A stretch of 64,000 nt of DNA from Acidobacteriota bacterium (GTDB taxonomy: Bacteria; Acidobacteriota; Thermoanaerobaculia; Multivoradales; J023), in NCBI GenBank assembly GCA_029263315.1, contig JAJCXR010000048.1, positions 265,768-329,767 of the forward strand. Reading direction: 5' to 3'. This document shows, piece after piece, positions 10,874 to 19,109 of this stretch. A model generated the notes under the pieces. That model was not told the DNA's origin, did not search any database, and saw only the letters and a program-made list of their open reading frames with translations. Position numbers and translations under genes: made by a program. Within the stretch, counting starts at the first letter, position 1; the number at the start of each line of letters is the position of its first letter.

Positions 10874-11706
10874 GCCCGTCGACGCAAGAGCTGCCGCCCA
10901 TCGTCGAGTTTCGCGATGTCGAGAAGACCTTCGCGGCCGGCACCCCCAAGGCCTACACCGCCCTCAAGGGTCTGAGCTTCCGGGTCGATGACCTGCCAGG
11001 GGTCGGCGAGTTCATTTCCGTCGTTGGCCCATCCGGCTGTGGCAAGTCCACCATCCTCAACCTGATCCAAGGCTTCGACGACGTCTACCCCCCCACCTCC
11101 GGCGATGTCCTGGTGCGCGGCAAGCCGGTGATCGGCCCCGGTCGGGATCGGGGCATGGTCTTCCAGCGCTACAGCTCGTTCCCCCACCGCACCGTGCTGC
11201 GCAATGTCACCTTCGGCTTGGAGATCCACCGCAAGGAGCTTGGCCTGAACCGTTCCACCATGGACGACATGGCCATGCAATGGATCAACAAGGTGGGCCT
11301 TGGGGGTCACGAGAGAAAGTACCCGCACCAGCTCTCCGGCGGTCAGCAGCAACGGGTGGCCATCGCCCGCAGCCTGGTGCTGAAGCCCCGCATCCTGTTG
11401 ATGGACGAACCCTTCTCCGCCCTCGACGAGCCCACCCGCTACGAAATGCAACGCCTGATCACCCAGCTGTGGCACGAGATCGAGGCGACGGTGTTCATCG
11501 TCACCCACTCCATTTCCGAAGCGGTCTTCCTCGGCGACCGGGTGTGGATGATTTCCCACGCCCCCGGCCACATCGCCCGGCAATTCGACGATTTGGTGCC
11601 TCCCACCCACGACGAGGACCCGCTTCTCGTCCAACAGAGCGACGACTTCAAGACCTCCGTGGGAATCGTCGCCAAGGCTTTCCATGACGTCGAATCCCAG
11701 CGTTGA
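10870..11706 (+). CDS. ABC transporter ATP-binding protein (SsuB/TauB-like)
   Basis: Walker A GPSGCGKST, signature LSGGQQQRVAIARSL, Walker B LLMDEPFSALD; ggagg SD then ATG 10870 overlapping the permease stop. Confidence 0.85.
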   Translation: MSPSTQELPPIVEFRDVEKTFAAGTPKAYTALKGLSFRVDDLPGVGEFISVVGPSGCGKSTILNLIQGFDDVYPPTSGDVLVRGKPVIGPGRDRGMVFQRYSSFPHRTVLRNVTFGLEIHRKELGLNRSTMDDMAMQWINKVGLGGHERKYPHQLSGGQQQRVAIARSLVLKPRILLMDEPFSALDEPTRYEMQRLITQLWHEIEATVFIVTHSISEAVFLGDRVWMISHAPGHIARQFDDLVPPTHDEDPLLVQQSDDFKTSVGIVAKAFHDVESQR

Positions 11707-11732
11707 GGCATAGCACGGGGCCATAGCAGAGC

Positions 11733-12608
11733 ATGCCAGCCAAATCACTGAACTACTTCGATTATTTGAAAGCGGCCTTCCATCGTCGCTGGCCGGTGCC
11801 GGGCCTCGGGCCCTTGCCGGTCAACTACATGGCCTTGGGAGCCTTCGGCGTCTTGTCGTTGGCCAATCCTGGATTTCTCTTCATCGGCGCCGCCGCCGAG
11901 CTCATTTACCTGTTCTCCTTGGCTAGCAATCAGCGCTTCCAAAAGGTGCTGCAAGGGGAAGCCCTGCAAGACAAGCAACAGAGCTGGGAGGCGGAGATCG
12001 AGGCCGCCCTGGCCCGTTTGTCGACCGCTTCCCAGGCCAGGTTCAGTTATCTGCTGACCCAATGTCGGCAGATTCTCGGCATCGGCGAAGCGATGGGAGA
12101 CCGCGACTTGATGGGCATGTCGCAAATGCGCACCGGCGGTCTCAACCAGCTGTTGTGGATCTTTCTGCGGCTGCTGGCTTCGCGCGAGGTTCTGGAGCAG
12201 AACCTGAGCCGGGTCGATCCGGCCGCCTTGGAGAAAGAAGTGCAGCAATTGGAGAAGCGCCTGGAAAAAGCTGAGGAAGGTTCCGCCTTGGCCCGCTCCC
12301 TCGGCGGCTCCCTGGACATCCTGACCAAGCGCCTCGAGAACCTCGAGCGGGCCAAGGAAAGCATGACGGTGATCGACGCCGAGATCGAGCGCATCCAGCA
12401 CCAAGTGGTGCTCATCCGCGAAGAGTCGGCGGTGACCGGAAAGGCCGAGATCCTATCCAGCCGCCTCGATGCGGTGTCCGGCGCCCTGGCCGATACCAAT
12501 CGCTGGATGGAGCAAAACGCCACCATTTTCGGTGAGTTGGGGGCCGATCCCCTGGGCAGCACACCCCGCAACCTGCCCACCCTTCCCCACGCGGCAGACG
12601 AAACCTGA
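11733..12608 (+). CDS. hypothetical protein: 2 N-terminal TM helices + long coiled coil
   Basis: TM segments (PLPVNYMALGAFGVLSLA, FLFIGAAAELIYLFSLA) then heptad-rich region; stop overlaps start of downstream AAA ATPase (TGATG). Confidence 0.6.
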   Translation: MPAKSLNYFDYLKAAFHRRWPVPGLGPLPVNYMALGAFGVLSLANPGFLFIGAAAELIYLFSLASNQRFQKVLQGEALQDKQQSWEAEIEAALARLSTASQARFSYLLTQCRQILGIGEAMGDRDLMGMSQMRTGGLNQLLWIFLRLLASREVLEQNLSRVDPAALEKEVQQLEKRLEKAEEGSALARSLGGSLDILTKRLENLERAKESMTVIDAEIERIQHQVVLIREESAVTGKAEILSSRLDAVSGALADTNRWMEQNATIFGELGADPLGSTPRNLPTLPHAADET

Positions 12609-14509
12609 TGAGCCGAAGGCGGCGATCGATGGAGCCCGACCCGATGAAACCCGCCGCAGCCCAAGCTGACAAGACCAAGATGCCCAAGTCGTCCGTCAAC
12701 CCCTTGGCACCGTGGGCAGAAGAGGTGCGGCAGCTCTTCCGTTCGGGCAGCGCCAGCCAATTCATTCTGCATGGCAACGTGCACGACTTCGTGCCCAAGA
12801 AGCCGCCGGCCACCCACGACGGCAGCAGCCCGCCGGAGGGCGCCCTACGCTCCCTGCGCGGTTTTCTCACCGAGGTCATGTTCGAGCCCTTCGATGTGGT
12901 CATCCATTACGACCGCGGCCGTGGCATCCGCGTCAAGAAGGGGGGCGATCACTTTCATCGCTTTCTCGAAGCCTTCGACACCTTCCGCGGCACCGATTGG
13001 GCCAAGCTGCCCACCTCCCCCGGCGACAGCCTGGACCTCGGCTCCACCTTGCCGCGGGACGCCGTCCGTGCCCTGGAGCTGATCAACCGTTTTGTGCGCG
13101 GCAGCCAAGCCTTGACCCGGGTCGACAAACAAGGCAAGCGCCATCCCGATCCCCTCAAGGTGGCCGTCTTGCTGGAGCACGCGCAGTTCATCGCCCCCCG
13201 GGCCGACGCCCTGCACCTCTCCGGCGACAACAGCCAGGTGCTCATCCAGCTCTTGGATTGGGCCAGCGATCCGGCCATCACCAGCGCTTTCGTCGCCACC
13301 TTCTTGGTGACCGACACCCTCAACGACCTGAGCCAGTCCCTGGTGGCCAACCCCTTCAACGCCAAGGTGAGCATCCCCCTGCCCGACGCCGACGAGCTCC
13401 GGGACTTCGTGCACCTATTGACCGACCACGAAACCACCTTCGACGAGCTGTCGCAGGTCAGCCGCGACCAGTTGGCGGAGAAGCTCGTGGGCTTGTCGCG
13501 GGTCAATGTACGGGCCTTGATCCTGCGGGTGCTGCGCAACCACGAGAAACTCACCCACGAACGGGTGAGCGAGCTGCGCAAGCAACTGATCGAGAAGCAA
13601 GCCTCCGGCCTCATCGCCTTCATCGAAAGCGACCGCACCCTCGACGACGTGGCCGGCCACGTCGAAGCCAAGGCCTGGCTGCGTCAAGATGCCGAGCTGT
13701 TGCGTCGCGGGCGGATACGCGCTTTGCCCATGGGCTACCTGCTGGCCGGTCGCATCGGCACCGGCAAGACCTTCCTGGTGGAATGCCTGGCCGGTGAGGT
13801 GGGCATCCCGGTGGTGCAGATCAAAAACTTTCGCGACAAATGGGTCGGCGCCACCGAAGGCAACTTGGAGACCATCTTCACCATCTTGCACGCCCTCGGC
13901 CAAGTGTTGGTCTTCGTCGACGAAGCCGATCAGGCCACCGGTAAACGGGGCGGCGGCCTCGGCGACGGCGGGCTCGGGGGTCGCATCTACGGCATGCTGG
14001 CCAAAGAAATGTCCGACACCCGCAACCGCGGCAAGATCCTTTGGGTCTTCGCCACCAGCCGTCCCGACCTCTTGGAGGTCGACCTCAAACGGCAAGGCCG
14101 CCTCGATGTCCACATCCCCCTCTTCCCGCCCCAAGACGCCAAGAGCCGGGCCGACCTCTTCTACGCTATGGCCCGCAAGGTGGGCTTCGAGGTCAAGAAG
14201 AAGGATCTACCGACCTTGCCCGAGAGCCATCAAATCGGCGGCAACGAAATGGAGGGCATCCTGGTGCGCTCCCTACGCCTCTTCGAAACCCGCGACGAAG
14301 ACGACGATCGTTCCATGCGGCAGATCATCGCTGCGGTGATCAAAGATTTCCGTCCCTCCGCCCATGTCGACCGTCTCGAAATGATGGACTTGCTGGCCGT
14401 CAAGGAGTGCACCGATCGTCGTTTCCTGCCGGAGCGCTATCGGGATCTCGACCTGGCCGAGGTCAATCAACGATTGCGGGAGCTGAAGCTGCGCATCGGG
14501 GAGTTTTGA
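12608..14509 (+). CDS. AAA-family ATPase (classic clade with SRH), long N-terminal domain containing a degenerate P-loop-like segment
   Basis: Walker A GRIGTGKTF, Walker B VFVDEAD, SRH 'ATSRPDLLEVDLKRQGRLD'; N-terminus has 'FILHGNVHDF' degenerate Walker-A-like segment. Confidence 0.8.
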   Translation: MSRRRRSMEPDPMKPAAAQADKTKMPKSSVNPLAPWAEEVRQLFRSGSASQFILHGNVHDFVPKKPPATHDGSSPPEGALRSLRGFLTEVMFEPFDVVIHYDRGRGIRVKKGGDHFHRFLEAFDTFRGTDWAKLPTSPGDSLDLGSTLPRDAVRALELINRFVRGSQALTRVDKQGKRHPDPLKVAVLLEHAQFIAPRADALHLSGDNSQVLIQLLDWASDPAITSAFVATFLVTDTLNDLSQSLVANPFNAKVSIPLPDADELRDFVHLLTDHETTFDELSQVSRDQLAEKLVGLSRVNVRALILRVLRNHEKLTHERVSELRKQLIEKQASGLIAFIESDRTLDDVAGHVEAKAWLRQDAELLRRGRIRALPMGYLLAGRIGTGKTFLVECLAGEVGIPVVQIKNFRDKWVGATEGNLETIFTILHALGQVLVFVDEADQATGKRGGGLGDGGLGGRIYGMLAKEMSDTRNRGKILWVFATSRPDLLEVDLKRQGRLDVHIPLFPPQDAKSRADLFYAMARKVGFEVKKKDLPTLPESHQIGGNEMEGILVRSLRLFETRDEDDDRSMRQIIAAVIKDFRPSAHVDRLEMMDLLAVKECTDRRFLPERYRDLDLAEVNQRLRELKLRIGEF

Positions 14510-14932
14510 CGATCCGGGGAATCCACCCGACCTTGGCGTCCCTCGGACGCAGCGCCATCCGGCGCCGTTCAGCCCGATCGGGCAGGCGAAATCCAGGCAA
14601 GAGCATCTGTCAGCTGGGGCAAGGCGCTGCAACGGGGGAGATTGCGATCTGGACCACAAGCGGTGGGACAAGAGGGGGTAGCTTCGGCGAGATGACGGTT
14701 TGGAATGGGGCCCTCTGACCTACCTCCGATGAAGCAGCCTACCCCACAGCCTTAAGACCCAAGAAATCTCCGAGCATTCTAGCGGATCCATTGCCAGATC
14801 CACAAGGAGCCTCGTGGTGCCAAAGACCGCCGATTCCGTATTATTTTGACACCTTCGCCTAGCTTTTGGCCCCGGAGGTGACCAGGCGCCAGCGGCGAAG
14901 TGGTCGAGGCGGCTCTAGAGCTGGCGACCCGC

Positions 14933-15724
14933 TCAACCCTTGGATTTTGGCCAGGGGAAGAAGGCGGGTGTCGTCTCGATGTACTCACGGTAGCCGGGAC
15001 GCCGCTCGGCGATATCTTTCTCCAGTAGGGTGACACCCGAGACCTTGAGCAGCAGAAAGCTCATCAGGGCGACGCTGGCCACCGTCCAGAGGCCACCAGG
15101 AACGGCCAAGGTGAAGGCAAAATAGCCCCACCACAGGGTGAAATCGCCGAAGTAATTGGGGTGTCTGGTGAGACTCCACAAACCCTTGTCCATCACCTTG
15201 CCCTGGTTGCTGGGATCGTCCTTGAAACGGCTCAGCTGCCAATCGCCGCCGGCCTCGAAGACAAAACCGAGGCACCACAGCGCCAGGGCCAAGCCATCCG
15301 TCCATTGCCAGGAGGCGCTTTGAGGCATCAATTGCACCCACACCAGCGGCTGGGCGATGATCAAAATAAGGGCCCCTTGCAGACAAAAGACGGTGAAGAA
15401 GCTCTTCCACCAAAATCCCTCCCCGGCCCGCTGGCGCATGTCCGCATAGCGCCGGTCTTCCCCCTCGCCCAGGCCACGCAGGAAAATATGTACCGCTAGG
15501 CGCACCCCCCAGAGGGTGACCAGGGCCAAGACCAACCCGCGCCGCGGCGTCACTTCGATGGTGGAGGCTTGAAAAGCGACGGTGCTGACAACGACAAAAC
15601 CGAGACCCCAGAAGATGTCGATCAAGCCGGTGTTACGACGCCAGACGCTGATCAGCCAAACGCCGAACATCATCAGCAAGACGGCGACGCCTGACCACAT
15701 GAGAACATCGAGGTAGTAATCCAT
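14933..15724 (-). CDS. DUF1295 / steroid-5-alpha-reductase-like membrane protein
   Basis: hallmark 'TRHPNYFGDFTLWWGYF'; multi-TM; ATG 15724 with aggaagg SD (track ORF extends to 15976). Confidence 0.75.
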   Translation of the reverse strand: MDYYLDVLMWSGVAVLLMMFGVWLISVWRRNTGLIDIFWGLGFVVVSTVAFQASTIEVTPRRGLVLALVTLWGVRLAVHIFLRGLGEGEDRRYADMRQRAGEGFWWKSFFTVFCLQGALILIIAQPLVWVQLMPQSASWQWTDGLALALWCLGFVFEAGGDWQLSRFKDDPSNQGKVMDKGLWSLTRHPNYFGDFTLWWGYFAFTLAVPGGLWTVASVALMSFLLLKVSGVTLLEKDIAERRPGYREYIETTPAFFPWPKSKG

Positions 15725-15987
15725 ATTCAATCGACCTTCCTGGAAAAAACGGTGGAGCCTTGGTGGCCGAGCGTAGGTGCGCACGGGGGACTCTTTGATC
15801 TTCGCCACCCCCCACCGGGTGGATTTGCTTTCCGCGCATTCTAGTGATAAAAGCCATAGACGCCGCCGCGCCCTCTCATCCCGTCCACGCGCATCCGCCC
15901 CCCTCGGGCACAGGACCCGGGCGCCCCGGCCCCACGCGCTTACCCACACCGCCAGCCAGTGCGGTCGGCAGAACACAGGAGAGCCTC

Positions 15988-17235
15988 ATGGATAGCCAGA
16001 AATTCGTCGAGCTCGAAGAGCGCTTTGGCGCCCACAATTACCACCCCCTCGATGTCATCATCGACCGCGGCGAAGGGGTGTGGGTTTGGGATGTCGAAGG
16101 CAAGAAGTACATGGACTGCCTGGCCGCCTACTCGGCCGTCAACCAAGGGCACTGCCATCCGCGCATTGTCGAGGCGCTGCTAGAGCAGGCACCGCGCCTC
16201 AGCTTGACCTCCCGCGCCTTCCGCAACAACCGCCTGGCGGGTTTCTACGAGAAGCTGGCCAAGCTCACCGGATTCGACAAGGTCTTGCCGATGAATACCG
16301 GCGCCGAAGCGGTGGAGACGGCGATCAAGGCGGCCCGCAAATGGGCCTACACCGTCAAGGGCACGGCGGAGGATCAAGCCGAGATCATCGTTTTCGACGG
16401 CAACTTCCACGGTCGTACCACCACCATCGTCAGCTTCTCCACCGAGGCCCAGAGCCGCAACGGCTTCGGGCCCTTCACGCCGGGTTTCAAGATCGTCCCC
16501 TACGGCGATTTCGACGCCATCAGCGAAGCCATGCACGGCGATGTGGCGGCCATTCTCATCGAGCCGATCCAGGGCGAGGGCGGCATCATCGTGCCTCCCC
16601 ATGGTTTCCTCAAGCATCTGCGCGACTTGGCCGACGAGCACAATTCGCTGCTCATGATGGACGAGATCCAGGCCGGTCTGGGACGCACCGGCAAGCTCTT
16701 CGCCTACCAGCACGAAGGCATTCGTCCCGACGTGGTGGTCATTGGCAAGGCCCTTTCCGGAGGCCTCTACCCGGTCTCCGCGATGCTCGCCGACGACGCG
16801 GTGATGAGCGTCTTTCACCCCGGTGACCACGGCTCCACCTACGGCGGCAATCCGGTGGCCGCCGCCGTCGCCATGGCCGCCCTGGACGTCCTGGTGGACG
16901 AGAAGCTGATCGAAAACTCCGCCAGCCTCGGTGCCTATGCCATCGAACGCCTCAAGAAACTCGAAGGCGATGCCCACGTCAAAGAAGTGCGCGGCAAGGG
17001 CCTATGGATCGGCATCGAGTTGCACGAGTCCTCCGGCGGTGCCCGGCGCTTCTGTGAGGTGATGCAACACCGTGGGGTGCTGTGCAAGGAGACCCACGTG
17101 CACGTCATCCGCCTGGCACCGCCGCTGATCGTCACCCGCGAGCAACTGGATTGGGCCCTCGACATCATCGAAACCACCCTGGCGGCGGATGATCCCAAGT
17201 CCCTGTTGCTGGAAGAGGCGGTGAGCGTCAGCTGA
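15988..17235 (+). CDS. rocD: ornithine aminotransferase (class-III PLP aminotransferase)
   Basis: class-III aminotransferase fold with PLP-Lys region 'VVVIGKALSGG', 'FHGRTTTIVSFS'; aggagag SD before ATG 15988. Confidence 0.75.
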   Translation: MDSQKFVELEERFGAHNYHPLDVIIDRGEGVWVWDVEGKKYMDCLAAYSAVNQGHCHPRIVEALLEQAPRLSLTSRAFRNNRLAGFYEKLAKLTGFDKVLPMNTGAEAVETAIKAARKWAYTVKGTAEDQAEIIVFDGNFHGRTTTIVSFSTEAQSRNGFGPFTPGFKIVPYGDFDAISEAMHGDVAAILIEPIQGEGGIIVPPHGFLKHLRDLADEHNSLLMMDEIQAGLGRTGKLFAYQHEGIRPDVVVIGKALSGGLYPVSAMLADDAVMSVFHPGDHGSTYGGNPVAAAVAMAALDVLVDEKLIENSASLGAYAIERLKKLEGDAHVKEVRGKGLWIGIELHESSGGARRFCEVMQHRGVLCKETHVHVIRLAPPLIVTREQLDWALDIIETTLAADDPKSLLLEEAVSVS

Positions 17236-17312
17236 CCTGGGCGGCGGACACCGCACCCGTGGCGACGACAAAAACCCCTCTCGGTTTCGGCCGTGAGGGG
17301 CCTATCTCGATG

Positions 17313-18914
17313 TCAATCGAATTCGACGCGAATCACCAGCTGCCGCCCCTCGGGACGGAGCTCGGTCACTCTCACACTGGAACCGGTCAAGTCGAGCACC
17401 AACCGCAGCTCCTTGCCGCCATTGCGTTCGTTGAGACCGGAGCGGATTTGTCGCACGCCGGGGCCACCCACCGCCAGGGTCTTTTCACCGTAGCCGACGC
17501 CGATGCCGAGAAGCTGGATCACTTCCCTGGGAGAATCCCCACCGAGGCGAAAGCTCTTGACCCGGCGGCTCGGTATTTGGCCGTCGGCGGTGACGGTGAT
17601 CTCGAGACCTTGCCCGGCCCGACGCCATTGGATGTCCTCGATGCGTCGCATTTCCGGACCTGCGGACGCGGCGGGCGGAGGCGGGGCCGCCTCGGCACTG
17701 GAGGGGCTCGTCGGCGGTGGCTCGGCTCGAGAAGCCGGCCCCCTTGGTGGGCTGGCGACGGCGTCCACCGGCACCTCTACACCCACCTGCGGCGCCGCCT
17801 GGGTAGCGGTACTCCCACCTGCAGAACCTTCTTGGCCGGCCGTCGGTGAGCCGGCGGACGTTGGCTCTGCCATGGTTCCGATTTGGCTCGGTAACGGCTC
17901 ATCCATGGGCGGCGGCGGACCAAAGATGCGATCCCTGAAGAAGAATACCAACAGGGCCAGCACCACTCCCAAGATCAGCAAAGGCAGCAATGAGGACCGT
18001 CTCTTGGGACGTCGAGAGGTTTTACGGGGCACCTGTGGCATGGCTGGCGCGTCGGCAGCGCCGAAGGTCGGGGCGTCGATGGCTCCGGTGAGCTCGGGGT
18101 CCGGATGCCACACGGGCTCCTGCTCACGGGCATTGAGGTCGATGGGAGCGTCGTCGAAGTACGACGGTGCGCCGGGCGCCGATGCGCCGGGTGTCGACGG
18201 GGCAGCCGCGAACGGGGCGGATGGGGCTGGCGACTCGCCCACCGACTCGACGGCCTCGCCGGGCCATGGCGAGGGTGCGCCGCCCTCGAAGGTACCGGAT
18301 TCACCTGCGGCCTGGGCATCAAGTGTCGAAAGCTCTTCCGTCGTAGCCCGGTCTCGAGGGAGGGGCGACAACTCGGCTGCGGCGCCATAGCGCAGAGCCG
18401 ATGGTGACGCCACGTCACTGGGCCTGGCAGGGCTCACCTGCGGTGCATTCTTCACCGGCGGATCCGGTGGCTGAAGTATCTCGCCGCTCGGCTGGGCGGG
18501 GGCCGGATCCAGGCTCATGGGCGGACGGCTGGCCAAGCGCTCCTTGATATACTGACTCACCAGCTTGAAGATGAGCTGACGATCCTGTTGTTCCAAAAAG
18601 CGAAACTTGATGCCGATGCCGGACTCATGGCCGGGGCCGAAGGCCTTGCTCCGCACCCAGACGACCTCGGCCAATCCCCGGATGGAGCTGTCGTCGTCGA
18701 GCACCAGCTCGAAGCGCACTAAGCTGCCGTGGGCGCAATCCACACTGGCCTCAATGAACATGCCGCCGATGGAAATATTGCGGCAAACCCCTTCGGCGAT
18801 GTCCGAGGTGCCGTCGAATTGCAGCCGGATGGGCTTGCCGACGGGAGCTCGGGTGGCGGTGCGTTGCGGAGAGGAATCTTGTGTCGTCATGGGGGTGTCC
18901 AGTTGGCGCCCCAT
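17313..18914 (-). CDS. PilZ-domain protein with central TM helix and C-terminal AMIN-like domain
   Basis: PilZ motifs RTATR (RxxxR) and NISIGGMFI (D/NxSxGG); Pro/Ala-rich linker; TM 'LLPLLILGVVLALLVFFF'; C-terminal 'LRLVLDL...VIRVEF' AMIN-like; start ambiguous (18914/18890/18941). Confidence 0.7.
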   Translation of the reverse strand: MGRQLDTPMTTQDSSPQRTATRAPVGKPIRLQFDGTSDIAEGVCRNISIGGMFIEASVDCAHGSLVRFELVLDDDSSIRGLAEVVWVRSKAFGPGHESGIGIKFRFLEQQDRQLIFKLVSQYIKERLASRPPMSLDPAPAQPSGEILQPPDPPVKNAPQVSPARPSDVASPSALRYGAAAELSPLPRDRATTEELSTLDAQAAGESGTFEGGAPSPWPGEAVESVGESPAPSAPFAAAPSTPGASAPGAPSYFDDAPIDLNAREQEPVWHPDPELTGAIDAPTFGAADAPAMPQVPRKTSRRPKRRSSLLPLLILGVVLALLVFFFRDRIFGPPPPMDEPLPSQIGTMAEPTSAGSPTAGQEGSAGGSTATQAAPQVGVEVPVDAVASPPRGPASRAEPPPTSPSSAEAAPPPPAASAGPEMRRIEDIQWRRAGQGLEITVTADGQIPSRRVKSFRLGGDSPREVIQLLGIGVGYGEKTLAVGGPGVRQIRSGLNERNGGKELRLVLDLTGSSVRVTELRPEGRQLVIRVEFD

Positions 18915-19109
18915 CGTAGCGCACTCTGCGCCGCTATGCATCTTCCTCGATCACTCTCCTCGGCACCAACCCGGGGGCGTTCAGCGGTATGATCGCACCC
19001 CGCGACGGACGACTCCACCGGGTTCTTTCGGCAGGTCGTTGCAGCAGACCGTCGTCCATGCCGATATCGAGCTGGCGGGGCCCCGGTCCGCTTGCCAAGG
19101 AGGTCTCGA

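Noticed and set aside
12712-13797. 361-aa and 239-aa alternative-frame ORFs inside the AAA ATPase gene (also 13415..14134 minus)
   Set aside because: Arg/Pro/Ala-rich frame artefacts overlapping a gene with unambiguous Walker/SRH motifs.
14510-14932. 420-bp gap between convergent AAA ATPase and DUF1295 genes checked for tRNA/ncRNA
   Set aside because: No tRNA-like T-loop (GGTTCGAATCC-type) or clear hairpin/terminator pair recognised; left unannotated.
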